Sequence record: PV112478.1
Length of the DNA: 64,000 bases
Strand: one strand, 5' to 3'
Below are positions 47,405 through 56,522 of the stretch, piece after piece (the first letter of the stretch is position 1; the number at the start of each line of letters is the position of its first letter). The notes under the pieces were generated by a model, which saw nothing but the letters and a program-made list of their open reading frames with translations, had not been told where the DNA came from and searched no databases. Made by a program: the position numbers and the translations under genes.

Positions 47405-47752
47405 TTATCTTACCGTTTTAATTTGGGTATACGGGACTTCCATTGTAGAAACGTATTTACCCATACGGTTGTAGAATAACCCTAATACCGCCACCTGCTC
47501 GTTGTCATGGTTTTCTAAGACCAACTGGTAGTCATCGCTGTTACAACTCCATTTATATTGACTACCTTGCTGGCCCATATACTGGCAGCCTATGTTAGTC
47601 CCGCCAAAAACACCGAAAGCTCTGTCGCCAGATACCGTTACACGATTATGACCGCTACGAAAAGTTTCAGTCACCGCCTGTGCAGAGAAGGTAGTGAAAA
47701 CGGCTAAGAAAACTGCCGAACAAATGAGAAAAAACTTTTTCATGTTGAGCAC
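47405..47752 (-). CDS. exported small beta protein (two Cys)
   Basis: Signal peptide ending AQA; resembles neighbour 47757. Confidence 0.7.
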   Translation of the reverse strand: MLNMKKFFLICSAVFLAVFTTFSAQAVTETFRSGHNRVTVSGDRAFGVFGGTNIGCQYMGQQGSQYKWSCNSDDYQLVLENHDNEQVAVLGLFYNRMGKYVSTMEVPYTQIKTVR

Positions 47753-47756
47753 CTTT

Positions 47757-48113
47757 TTAAGAACTGGAGAGAGAACGGAATTGATTTTTGTTTACCAGCT
47801 TTTCAATGACCACTTTTTCACGTTTACCGTCGTAAATACGTAAAAGGAATAAATTGGTTTTGTTATAGCTTTTCAGTGCGAAGTAAAAACGATCCCCGCA
47901 AACGTAAGTGTCGGCGGAGTAAACAAAACCATCGTTATCGACCTGGTCATTGACGATTTCTGGATCGGTGCAGATGTACTTCTTGCCGTTCGCAAAGATG
48001 ACCGCGCGGTTATCGGTGATCGTCCATTTAGAGTTTTGATCCTCGAACATAATCGCTGTTGCATTAGCGAAGAAAGGGAAAACCAACGTTAAAATAAGAA
48101 TGATCTTTTTCAT
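47757..48113 (-). CDS. exported small beta protein (two Cys)
   Basis: Signal peptide ending ANA; resembles neighbour 47405. Confidence 0.7.
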   Translation of the reverse strand: MKKIILILTLVFPFFANATAIMFEDQNSKWTITDNRAVIFANGKKYICTDPEIVNDQVDNDGFVYSADTYVCGDRFYFALKSYNKTNLFLLRIYDGKREKVVIEKLVNKNQFRSLSSS

Positions 48114-48127
48114 GTTTATAACACCAA

Positions 48128-48475
48128 TTAATGGAAAGAATTAGAGAGCCAGAAACGGCATTCGTCTTGCTGCGTTGCTTCTAGCTTGGTTTTCATCTCA
48201 GTGAAACATTTGATGTCGTCACGATGTTTACTGGCGATTTCAGGATCAAGAACTTCTGCCAGTTCCGCCAGAAAAGTTAAACTCTGAATCGTACGATCAA
48301 GGAGTTCAATGGCGCGACTCGTTAACAGAGGACGTTCAATGAGGTCATGTTCGTCTTTAATCGAAAAGAGCGACTGGAAGACCGTTGAGAGTTCGTTGAT
48401 TGTAGCGTCGTTATCAGCAAATGACATATTGATTCTCCTTTTATTAAAAAACAAAATAAGAAGAGGGGTTACCAC
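48128..48475 (-). CDS. helical hypothetical protein
   Basis: Probable start MSFAD (AGGAG RBS). Confidence 0.6.
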   Translation of the reverse strand: MVTPLLILFFNKRRINMSFADNDATINELSTVFQSLFSIKDEHDLIERPLLTSRAIELLDRTIQSLTFLAELAEVLDPEIASKHRDDIKCFTEMKTKLEATQQDECRFWLSNSFH

Positions 48476-48491
48476 CCCTCCTCCGGCTGTA

Positions 48492-48959
48492 TTATTTCTT
48501 TAAAATGTCACTACCGTTAAAGTAGAGTCTCAGTCCAGCGAGACCGAGTTTCTCTACGGCTTCATCGACGCCTGTCGCCAGCTTTTCAATAACCGTATGT
48601 TCCCTACCGCGTAAGAACATAGGTTCGAAGTCATCACTGAAGACACCATCCAGATGAATCAACATCCAAATCTCACCGGTCTCTTTCATACAGACTTCCG
48701 ACTTACCCAGGTCATTGATGCGCTCAAGACCCAGATCACGTAATATCAGGATAGCTGAACCGCATTCATCGCCGAGGATCCAGTTGTCTTCATCGAAATT
48801 TTCTAACTCTTCAAGCAGAACTCCGGCATGATGAAGGACGATATCGTTAACGGCATTGACCATTGCCGCCGCGGCGTCACGGAATTTCTGTTCGCGTTCT
48901 TCACGGCTGTATTTCAGATTAGCAAAAACGCTTAAAGCAGTAGATTTTAAAAATGACAT
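48492..48959 (-). CDS. hypothetical phage protein
   Basis: Start re-called at MSFLK (GAGG RBS, AACTAAACC leader). Confidence 0.65.
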   Translation of the reverse strand: MSFLKSTALSVFANLKYSREEREQKFRDAAAAMVNAVNDIVLHHAGVLLEELENFDEDNWILGDECGSAILILRDLGLERINDLGKSEVCMKETGEIWMLIHLDGVFSDDFEPMFLRGREHTVIEKLATGVDEAVEKLGLAGLRLYFNGSDILKK

Positions 48960-49026
48960 TTGACTTTCCTCTATAGGTTTAGTTGTATAAATGGCAGGGG
49001 AATTCCCCTGCCAGGTAAGTGTTTGA

Positions 49027-49659
49027 TTAGTTAAAGAACGGCGCCATGTTCGCACTGAATTTAATATCTTCAGCGTGTTTGAATTTGATCGTTGTAACAG
49101 TGATCGGTTCGTAGTTGGCCATGTTAACAATCGACAGCGTTTTATCGAGGTAGATAACGTTGTCACGGATGATCATGTGGTAATGCTCACGTTCCCCGCT
49201 TTGTACTTTAGCCACTTCGTCAATGAAGATATCCGTTTCCGGATTAAAGCTGAAGTCGCTCGGCATAACTTTCACAGGGTTCTGTTCGCGATAACGCTTA
49301 ATATTAACGATAACTTCTTCTACCCCGTAGACGATAGAAAGAATATCCGTCTCTTCTTCGAAGTCTGCGAGTTCATCAGGAGTAAGAATCGTGCTGTCGA
49401 GGTATTCGCGTTTGTACGGCCAGTTGGCCAGGAATTCTGGCTCGTCGCACATCGTGGAAAACGCCTCTCTATTTTCGCAGTACATCCAAAAACGGTCGCC
49501 CGTACTCATACGAGTCTCCACGATTAAATCTGCCGTTTCCGGGATAGAATTTTCAAAATCGAAGCGCGGCGTGAATGTGGCGAAATTCTCGGAGAGCGTG
49601 TCCGGGGTCAAATCAAAGTTAGCGTCTTTAGCGAAAACAGTAATAGTGAAAGTGGTCAT
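49027..49659 (-). CDS. acidic early protein
   Basis: 210 aa, Asp/Glu-rich; first gene after promoter module copy 4. Confidence 0.7.
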   Translation of the reverse strand: MTTFTITVFAKDANFDLTPDTLSENFATFTPRFDFENSIPETADLIVETRMSTGDRFWMYCENREAFSTMCDEPEFLANWPYKREYLDSTILTPDELADFEEETDILSIVYGVEEVIVNIKRYREQNPVKVMPSDFSFNPETDIFIDEVAKVQSGEREHYHMIIRDNVIYLDKTLSIVNMANYEPITVTTIKFKHAEDIKFSANMAPFFN

Positions 49660-49671
49660 GATATATTCCTT

Positions 49672-49774
49672 ATTGGTTTAGTTAAAAGTATGATAAAAAG
49701 GTTATTCTTTTCCTTTATCACTCGGGCAATATATACATGAAAAAAATTGGAGATTAATCTTATGACTTTTTCAC
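49672..49774. promoter_or_regulatory. divergent promoter module (copy 4)
   Basis: GCAATATATACATGAAAAAAATTGGAGATT plus TATG at 49771 facing the GT genes. Confidence 0.6.
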
Positions 49775-49799
49775 TGAACATAACCAGGTTGAATACTCT

Positions 49800-51257
49800 A
49801 TGGACGTAATCATTGATGGTAAACGTTATATACCAGAAGAACAAGCAGAGAAGAAAATTGGGATAGCGATCTCCACCCGTAACCGACACGACGTCCTTAA
49901 ACGAACGTTAGAGCAACACGAAAAGTTTCTACCACCTAATGCCGTGGTTTACATTGTCGACGATGGGTCTGATACCCCAGTTAAAGGTCCTGAATGGGCT
50001 CAGGTGCACCGTCACGAGAAAAGCGAAGGGATTGTTGCGGTAAAGAATACTTCGCTTCAGCTTTTGATTGACGCCGGCTGTGAGCATCTTTACCTCTGGG
50101 ACGACGACGCCTTCCCTATCGCAGAGAATTGGTGGGTGCCGTATATGGAATCCCCTGAACCGCATCTGGGTTATCAATTTAAAGACCTCGCCGGTAAAAG
50201 GAAAATCAACGATACTATCGAGGTCTTCAATGACGGTAAACACTTCGCGCTTTCGGGTCAGCGTGGTGTAATGTTGTACTACCATAAATCCGCAATTGAT
50301 AAAGTCGGTGGTTTTGATCCTATTTACCAACGCGGGATGTATGAACACGTTGACTTAGCATTAAGAATTCACAATGCGGGGTTAACAACATTTCCTTTCG
50401 GCGACGTCGTTGGCAGTAACAAACTCATTTATTCACTCGATGAACATGAAGAAGTGACGCGTTCAGTCCCGCCAGCTGATCGCCAGCAACAGGTCGAACG
50501 TAACGTCAAGATTTATAGCGCCAGGCGGAGAGCGCGTTATACTGGTTTCGCTCCGTACCGTAAACCACGTCGGGTGGTAATGACTTGTCTTCTCACTGGT
50601 TGTGTAGACCCGCAGCGTAATCAGCACATGCAGGCGACCCCCGCTTTATTACAAGCGTGGGCGAACAGTATCAAGGGCGCAGAGAAAATTGTCTTTGCTG
50701 ATCAACTCTCAGCGATGACGGGTGTGAATCTGATTAAGGTTCCCGAAGTCAACAATCTTTCCCCTTACTTCTTACGCTGGCTGCACATCTACCAATACCT
50801 CCGCGATAACCCGGATATTGAACAGGTCTGGTGCACAGACGGAACTGACGTTATCATGTTGAGAGAACCATGGGAAAGTATGGAGCCCGGTAAACTGTAC
50901 GTCGGTAACGAACACACCACTTACAGTAACCCGTGGTTTGATAAAGTCAATCACCAGAAATACCTGAAAAAGTTTATTCAGGAAAATAAAGATCAGCAGG
51001 TTGTCAACGCTGGGATTATTGGTGGTTCACGTGAAGATGTCATGAAAGTGGCACACGGGATGATCGCGCAAGTCTGGAAAATGAAATCAGAGATTTTCTG
51101 GCGAGAAGAAACCGGCCCTGAATCAGCGACAGATATGGTAATGTTCGGGATCGAAGCCTTCAAGTTTGGTGAGAACCTGGTACACGGTCCGATTGTCAAC
51201 ACCGTCTTTAAAGGAAACGGTCACGGTAACGACATCGCTTTCTGGCAGCACAAGTAG
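49800..51257 (+). CDS. two-domain glycosyltransferase (GT2 N-terminal + second GT-A-like domain)
   Basis: IAISTRNR, IVDDGS, LWDDDAFP, YEHVD motifs; second domain with VWCTDGTDV and NAGIIGG. Confidence 0.8.
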   Translation: MDVIIDGKRYIPEEQAEKKIGIAISTRNRHDVLKRTLEQHEKFLPPNAVVYIVDDGSDTPVKGPEWAQVHRHEKSEGIVAVKNTSLQLLIDAGCEHLYLWDDDAFPIAENWWVPYMESPEPHLGYQFKDLAGKRKINDTIEVFNDGKHFALSGQRGVMLYYHKSAIDKVGGFDPIYQRGMYEHVDLALRIHNAGLTTFPFGDVVGSNKLIYSLDEHEEVTRSVPPADRQQQVERNVKIYSARRRARYTGFAPYRKPRRVVMTCLLTGCVDPQRNQHMQATPALLQAWANSIKGAEKIVFADQLSAMTGVNLIKVPEVNNLSPYFLRWLHIYQYLRDNPDIEQVWCTDGTDVIMLREPWESMEPGKLYVGNEHTTYSNPWFDKVNHQKYLKKFIQENKDQQVVNAGIIGGSREDVMKVAHGMIAQVWKMKSEIFWREETGPESATDMVMFGIEAFKFGENLVHGPIVNTVFKGNGHGNDIAFWQHK

Positions 51258-51268
51258 AGGTAACTATT

Positions 51269-51859
51269 ATGCGTATTGCGGTAGTAGGACATGTGTCAAG
51301 GAAGATAGTCATTGAAAAGCTTACGAGTGTACTCCCATGCGAAGTGTTTCTTGACACAGTAGGGACAGGGGCGTTGGCTAACCACATCAAAGCTTTGGAA
51401 TGGGCAGTACAGCAAGACGAACGAGTTGTTATCATGGAAGACGATGCCATTCCGGTTGAGGGCTTTATTGAAAAAGCAGAAAAGTGGTTTACTGTTTACC
51501 CGGAACAATTCGTCAGTTTTTATCTAGGGACGAGCCGACCACCGCAGTACCAGGAATTAGTAACGCACTCAATTCTTAATGCTAAACGGTTAGGGCGCGA
51601 AGCGATCCGATTAAATCAATTGATTCATGGTGTCTGTTATTCGCCCGCTCCAGGTTCTATTGAAAAGATCCTAAAGGGAATCGATATGCGAAAACCGGCG
51701 GACTTCGCTATTGGGAGTGCGTGGGGTGACCCCGTCTATTACCCCATTAAATCGCTAGTAGAACACCGTGACGGTCGTTCAGTGGAAAAGCATACTGACG
51801 GTAGGAAAAGTTCAGGGAAACGCGTAGCGCGCTTCTTGGACGGTAATTTGATGTACTAA
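51269..51859 (+). CDS. GT25-like glycosyltransferase
   Basis: GALANH.KA, VVIMEDDAIP, HGVCY, PADFAI, SLVEHRD motifs. Confidence 0.65.
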   Translation: MRIAVVGHVSRKIVIEKLTSVLPCEVFLDTVGTGALANHIKALEWAVQQDERVVIMEDDAIPVEGFIEKAEKWFTVYPEQFVSFYLGTSRPPQYQELVTHSILNAKRLGREAIRLNQLIHGVCYSPAPGSIEKILKGIDMRKPADFAIGSAWGDPVYYPIKSLVEHRDGRSVEKHTDGRKSSGKRVARFLDGNLMY

Positions 51860-51879
51860 AAAGAAAGATACGGCATAGA

Positions 51880-51914
51880 GTCTCTCCCTTCCTGCATTGG
51901 CAGGAAGGGAGAGG
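51880..51914. terminator. bidirectional terminator
   Basis: CTCTCCCTTCCTGC-attg-GCAGGAAGGGAGAG. Confidence 0.7.
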
Positions 51915-51915
51915 A

Positions 51916-52329
51916 TTATTCTACTAACGTGACGCCTTCAAAGCCATCCACCGTGTAACCGCGACATTTAACGAAGGTGATATCAAAAGCGATTTTTCCT
52001 AAGTTAAAGAGCGCGTCACCTAAGTCGATCTGTTCAACTTCGATCACGCACGATGCTTCAAATGTGTAAACAGGTATTTTCTTTTCCGCGACAAAGACGA
52101 TACGTTTCCCGGAAAGTTCCGCGTCCTTTTTCGCTGACTTGATTTTCTCCATCAAGTCTTTCGCGTTTAAATTGCCGTACTCGCTGTGAATGAAAAGGAT
52201 GACCTCCTCTTTCAATTCAGGGGCGACCGCTTTCAGGAAAAGCTCCGCTGCATCCGACGTCTCAGCGATAATCGATAAGGTATGCTGAGATTTTAAGAAC
52301 TGAATAAGTAGCTGTTTAACGGGGGTCAT
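51916..52329 (-). CDS. small alpha/beta protein, paralog family with 53763, 54128, 54925
   Basis: LSIIAET..A.ELF; C-terminal ASCVIEV strand. Confidence 0.6.
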   Translation of the reverse strand: MTPVKQLLIQFLKSQHTLSIIAETSDAAELFLKAVAPELKEEVILFIHSEYGNLNAKDLMEKIKSAKKDAELSGKRIVFVAEKKIPVYTFEASCVIEVEQIDLGDALFNLGKIAFDITFVKCRGYTVDGFEGVTLVE

Positions 52330-52527
52330 CTAGAAATCCTTGATAAACGTAATTAAGCTTATATAATGCAACCAGCCGAAGACGACGACACAAACTAACG
52401 ACTGTAAAACCGCCATCATTTTCTTTTTCAGACCGTCCCGTATTGCAATCCACAGAAAAGCGAAAATCAGGTTACCGCTCAATAAGACCAATAACCAAAG
52501 TAAGGTATTAAGGACGTATGCCATCAA
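52330..52527 (-). CDS. two-TM membrane protein
   Basis: Two hydrophobic helices. Confidence 0.6.
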   Translation of the reverse strand: MMAYVLNTLLWLLVLLSGNLIFAFLWIAIRDGLKKKMMAVLQSLVCVVVFGWLHYISLITFIKDF

Positions 52528-52672
52528 CAGCCCCGGTAATAGTTTCGAGTTTCCAGAATAACTCCTTCCCTTCTCGTTTATCAGGGGCAGGGAGTTTCCC
52601 TTTACTGACGCGAATACGAACAGCGGATTGGGAGATGCCTAACATTTTAGCGACGTCTTTTGTGTTTTTCAA
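52508..52672 (-). CDS. 54-aa AlpA/excisionase-like HTH DNA-binding protein, absent from ORF track
   Basis: TTG start after AAGGA; MKNTKDVAKMLGISQSAVRIRVSKGKLPAPDKREGKELFWKLETITGAVDGIRP*. Confidence 0.65.
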   Translation of the reverse strand: MKNTKDVAKMLGISQSAVRIRVSKGKLPAPDKREGKELFWKLETITGAVDGIRP

Positions 52673-53114
52673 CGGGTTCGTTCCTTATTGAACTGTCTTT
52701 GGTAAAGGTGAAGTCAAACGCTTCGATTGATTCTATCTGGGCGATTCTACCGTAGTCAGAATTAATGATAAGGGACTGACTACGCATAGCAAAACCAGAA
52801 AGGTCTGGAAAAAGATTTCTGAATCCGATCGCCTCGGGGGAAAGCGCAATGTCAGCATAAAGCCAGATGGCGCCACTGGAACAATTGTTAACGATCTCGT
52901 AACCTACTAGATACCCTGCGCTTTGATTCCGTGAAAAGGATTTTTCCCAATCATCGGCCTGTGCGAACGTGACGTAACCGATACTGCCAAAGTTCAGGAT
53001 CTTCTGCATTTGGGCTTCCAGTCGATCAAGTGTAATGTTGTACTGATCAGCATTACGAAAATCACTGGGCGCATTGAAATTCATTAACTCTAAATTCCGT
53101 ATCAATTCTGACAT
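52647..53114 (-). CDS. hypothetical protein, possible degenerate S80-fold paralog
   Basis: GSIGYV...GFAMRS...IEAFDF pattern. Confidence 0.5.
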   Translation of the reverse strand: MSELIRNLELMNFNAPSDFRNADQYNITLDRLEAQMQKILNFGSIGYVTFAQADDWEKSFSRNQSAGYLVGYEIVNNCSSGAIWLYADIALSPEAIGFRNLFPDLSGFAMRSQSLIINSDYGRIAQIESIEAFDFTFTKDSSIRNEPVEKHKRRR

Positions 53115-53132
53115 TGGCTTTACCCCACGATT

Positions 53133-53660
53133 TTATCCTCCGAAAGAATGGGAGGAAAAAGAAGAATGCGAACGAGATGTCGAACCAAATCCCGAACGGG
53201 TCACTGTTTTCACGCCTGAGAAACCATTAGAGGTTCGTGTAGGCGCGAATTCTGTACCGCTACGAGAACGAAAGGTTTCGCTATTTCGTGATCGATAGAA
53301 AGGCTGTGCGTAGCTCCCTGTACCGCCATAGGAATAATAATGCGGGTATGGGTAGAAATGCGACCCACCATGGGACGTGTATTCACAGCGATTGTTGTCG
53401 TTATCTTTCTCACACTCTTCTTTGGTACGATAGGGTTTTCCTGTTACCTTTGCGTTATCAACTGCTGACTTATACGCGTTGGTGCAATTAGCGGAATAGT
53501 CGTTGAGTGTCTTCTGACATTCTGAGATCGAACCGTATGGGCGATAAGTGTCGTCAGAGACGTCGCACCCGGATAAGAAAGCGCTGGCGATAATCACCCC
53601 ACCCGCCAGAATAATTCTTTTACGGAATCTCGCCTTAGAGATATTTTTTGTTCTTTTCAT
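53133..53660 (-). CDS. DUF1190/YgiB-like lipoprotein
   Basis: Lipobox FLSGC; Y.SISEC...C..AY..A...K.Y.TKEECE...C; Gly/Ser-rich tail VTRSGFGST. Confidence 0.75.
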   Translation of the reverse strand: MKRTKNISKARFRKRIILAGGVIIASAFLSGCDVSDDTYRPYGSISECQKTLNDYSANCTNAYKSAVDNAKVTGKPYRTKEECEKDNDNNRCEYTSHGGSHFYPYPHYYSYGGTGSYAQPFYRSRNSETFRSRSGTEFAPTRTSNGFSGVKTVTRSGFGSTSRSHSSFSSHSFGG

Positions 53661-53762
53661 TACCCCATCCTTTAAAAGTAAATAATCAAATAAATTAAAC
53701 AGTATAAAAAAATAGACAGGGGTAACCCTGTCTATAGTGTAATAGTTTGTTAACGTAGGCGA

Positions 53763-54131
53763 TCAGTCAGAACGTCGCGCGACCGTCCAGGCAAATCCAC
53801 CGCTACCTTTTTGTACTTTGATAACAATATCGGCAGCGAATTTTGTTTTGTTAGTGAGTGCCCTTACATCTAACGTCAACCATAATTGGCGATTGGCGGC
53901 GAGTACCGGTTGCGGTTTAGAAGGGTGTGACAACAGAGTCACACTATCGAACGTTCCGTCCGATGGTATCTCAGGCAGTGAATCAGAAAAAAGTTTCTTT
54001 ACGTTTCTTTCCGTGATCGGTCCAAACTGATCCTCCGTGAAGGCAAGTAAATCATCTTCCTGTTCCCCGATAAGCAAGACAGTTTTATTGTCTTGCCACA
54101 TGATCGCATTCAACGCATCTTGACAGGTCAT
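53763..54131 (-). CDS. small alpha/beta paralog-family protein
   Basis: KTVLLIGEQEDDLL...AADIVIKV. Confidence 0.6.
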   Translation of the reverse strand: MTCQDALNAIMWQDNKTVLLIGEQEDDLLAFTEDQFGPITERNVKKLFSDSLPEIPSDGTFDSVTLLSHPSKPQPVLAANRQLWLTLDVRALTNKTKFAADIVIKVQKGSGGFAWTVARRSD

Positions 54132-54577
54132 TCGTTTTCTCCGCTAAGTTTAGCTAAGCCGCTTTTTCTTTCAGAGCGGTCAAAGCCGAAAGTCGTTAAA
54201 TGTCCGTTGCTTAACTCGAAATGCGCGATGATATCCGCTACAAATAATGTTTTGGCCGGGAAAGCGTAATCTTGATAGAATCCCTGCGCAAATGAACCCT
54301 CGGAGAGAAATAATACCGACCCTTTTCTCTTACCAATAGAAGGGAAAATCTGTGAAAGTTGTCTCGATGCACTAATGAATCGATCGTCCGGATTATAATA
54401 GATCGCCATGTCAAAACCGGTATGACGTTCAATAAGCTGATTTTTACGATTATGGTCTATAGGATCTAACCCCAATTCCTTTAATCCCATCAACAACGCT
54501 TTTTCATTATTACCTGTAACGAGAACGAATTTTTCATTAGTGTTACTTATTAAAGTTTTCAATGTCTCGATATTCAT
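54128..54577 (-). CDS. small alpha/beta paralog-family protein
   Basis: Start re-called at MNIET; KFVLVTGNNEKALL...VADIIAHF. Confidence 0.6.
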   Translation of the reverse strand: MNIETLKTLISNTNEKFVLVTGNNEKALLMGLKELGLDPIDHNRKNQLIERHTGFDMAIYYNPDDRFISASRQLSQIFPSIGKRKGSVLFLSEGSFAQGFYQDYAFPAKTLFVADIIAHFELSNGHLTTFGFDRSERKSGLAKLSGENE

Positions 54578-54632
54578 GATGTTTCTCCTCTGTTTAAAAT
54601 ATAAGTAAGGGGTATTTATACCCCTTACCGTT

Positions 54633-54932
54633 TTATTTGCGATACGCTTTCGTGCCGTTGTCTGTCTGCTGAGTATACTTGTTCTCAGAAGGGCAATACG
54701 GATCACGGGCGGCATAACTTCCCCCTAAGACAGGCGCAATGCTTCTCCCTTCTACGTAGAAGTACTCACAACCAGTCGCGTGATCGATGATAATCCGTAA
54801 ATAACCATCATCCATAGACTTCTTCTCGAAGCGCCCTGCATAGTTATTATCGGGGTCATCCCACACTGTAATAGTGTCAGCTAACGCCCCGTGCGAGAAC
54901 AACAATACCAGAACAAGAAAAATTTTATTCAC
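54633..54932 (-). CDS. exported protein (DUF6440-like)
   Basis: Signal peptide; LRIIIDHATGCEY...IAPVL motif. Confidence 0.6.
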   Translation of the reverse strand: MNKIFLVLVLLFSHGALADTITVWDDPDNNYAGRFEKKSMDDGYLRIIIDHATGCEYFYVEGRSIAPVLGGSYAARDPYCPSENKYTQQTDNGTKAYRK

Positions 54933-55380
54933 TTAACATTACCTCCGAGACCCCGTATTTGTTTCGCCAGACAGAGAAGGAGATTCCTTTCTCAGTGCGT
55001 TTAGCTTCTAACCAAACAGATGAAAAGTATTTAATCTCGTCACCTGAACCCCCTACTGAAAGCCACAATTTCTTGCCATTAGAAGAATTCGACGAGCGAA
55101 TGGCTTTCATGACAGAATGAACAGAATCGATATAACTTGAAGTCGGGGACGTTAATTTTTGTTCGCCTAATCGGTTCTCCCAAAACGTTACGCTGTCAAC
55201 TTCCCCGTAGCAGAACTTTGTCATGTTCCGTTGCAATAGCGCAATCTGGGCGACATTGGTGACTTTGTTACTAAAAAGCATGTCAACTGCAGAGAGGAGC
55301 AGATCCTCATCTTTAGCGATCACTAACATTGATGCTTTTTCTTCTTTAAGAAAACTTCCAACAATGGATTCTAAATTCAT
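54925..55380 (-). CDS. small alpha/beta paralog-family protein
   Basis: SMLVIAKDEDLLL...FSSVWLEAKR. Confidence 0.6.
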   Translation of the reverse strand: MNLESIVGSFLKEEKASMLVIAKDEDLLLSAVDMLFSNKVTNVAQIALLQRNMTKFCYGEVDSVTFWENRLGEQKLTSPTSSYIDSVHSVMKAIRSSNSSNGKKLWLSVGGSGDEIKYFSSVWLEAKRTEKGISFSVWRNKYGVSEVMLSE

Positions 55381-55389
55381 TGGATCACC

Positions 55390-55587
55390 TTACTCAATAA
55401 ATGCAACGAAGATACAGGCTAAGGCGAGCGTACCTGCAGTGAGTGCAGCGTAGACTCCTAACTCAGGAATGGTTCCACCCACCCCACAAGAGATTAAAGC
55501 CAAAATGCCCATAACTACTATTGCTAATAATCGGAATTTTATTTCTGTTTGCACTTTAATTGGACCCTTTTGATTTCCAATTACCAA
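55390..55587 (-). CDS. two-TM membrane protein
   Basis: Two hydrophobic helices; start uncertain. Confidence 0.55.
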   Translation of the reverse strand: MVIGNQKGPIKVQTEIKFRLLAIVVMGILALISCGVGGTIPELGVYAALTAGTLALACIFVAFIE

Positions 55588-55619
55588 TTCCTTGGATGGG
55601 TTCCATAGCGACCTTCTTG

Positions 55620-56522
55620 CTAGAGTTTACGGTAAACATACCAGTCGTCGTGAATGCCCTCAAAAGAGACATTTCCCTGACGAAGAAGTTTCGTTAGTTC
55701 TTCATCCTCTTCAAATTCCTCATCGACTAACTGGAAGAAATCGTCATCCGCCGTACAACCCCGATATTCCCCTTGGCAGAAAAGAAGTTGTCCGGCGTGC
55801 ATTCGTTTGGCGACATTCGCCAACATAGGCGAGCCAAGCGGTGCCCAAACTGAGATGATCGCATCGTAAGGGCCGATCTCGATATCGTCTACGGATGCTT
55901 TCAAAAACCATTCTGGTAATTCATCAGTCCACCACTGAGAAGAATAGTTCCCTTCGCAATTATCTACCGCAATAATGCTGATATCATTATCAAAAAGTTT
56001 CTTTGATAACAAACCTTTACCAGCGCCCACTTCACAGACTTTCTTCCCTTTTAAAATATTAACTAATTGAACCTCCGTTTCTTTACTGAAAGGGACGAAC
56101 CCATAGAGCTCAATAAATAAATTTCGTTGAGCCCTTCTAAATTCGTAGTTGTCCAAACAATATCCTTCAGGATAAACTTCAGTAATTTCCTTTTTAGAAG
56201 GGAACTCGCCGTCCGCATAAAGGTCTATCAACAATGGCACATCAAAAATATGCCAGAGTTTGGCCACCGCTATATCCAGAATTCCAGAGAACCATTCGGG
56301 GAAACCCTTCTTGGATATTTTCTGGTAAAACATTAAGGTCGTTAAATAGAAATAGGATCGTAGCAGTACCCCTGTCTCTAATGTTTTGAATAAAGTAAAG
56401 CGGTAGTCGTTATAATAGACACTCACCCCGTTATACTCACCCAAAAACATTCCATCGGTGACTTTAATCCCTTCTATCCCCGCAGGATGCCATTCATTGT
56501 CGTAAATAAAGTCGTGAAACAT
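55620..56522 (-). CDS. class I SAM-dependent methyltransferase-like protein
   Basis: VCEVGAGKGLL...IAVD motif I/II; C-terminal GEYRGCTAD. Confidence 0.65.
   Translation of the reverse strand: MFHDFIYDNEWHPAGIEGIKVTDGMFLGEYNGVSVYYNDYRFTLFKTLETGVLLRSYFYLTTLMFYQKISKKGFPEWFSGILDIAVAKLWHIFDVPLLIDLYADGEFPSKKEITEVYPEGYCLDNYEFRRAQRNLFIELYGFVPFSKETEVQLVNILKGKKVCEVGAGKGLLSKKLFDNDISIIAVDNCEGNYSSQWWTDELPEWFLKASVDDIEIGPYDAIISVWAPLGSPMLANVAKRMHAGQLLFCQGEYRGCTADDDFFQLVDEEFEEDEELTKLLRQGNVSFEGIHDDWYVYRKL

Noticed and set aside
49075-49527. 150-aa plus-strand ORF
   Set aside because: Antisense shadow of an acidic minus-strand gene.
52647-52680. Programmed frameshift joining 52647-53114 to the HTH ORF
   Set aside because: The HTH ORF has its own AAGGA RBS and TTG start, so simple overlap explains it.
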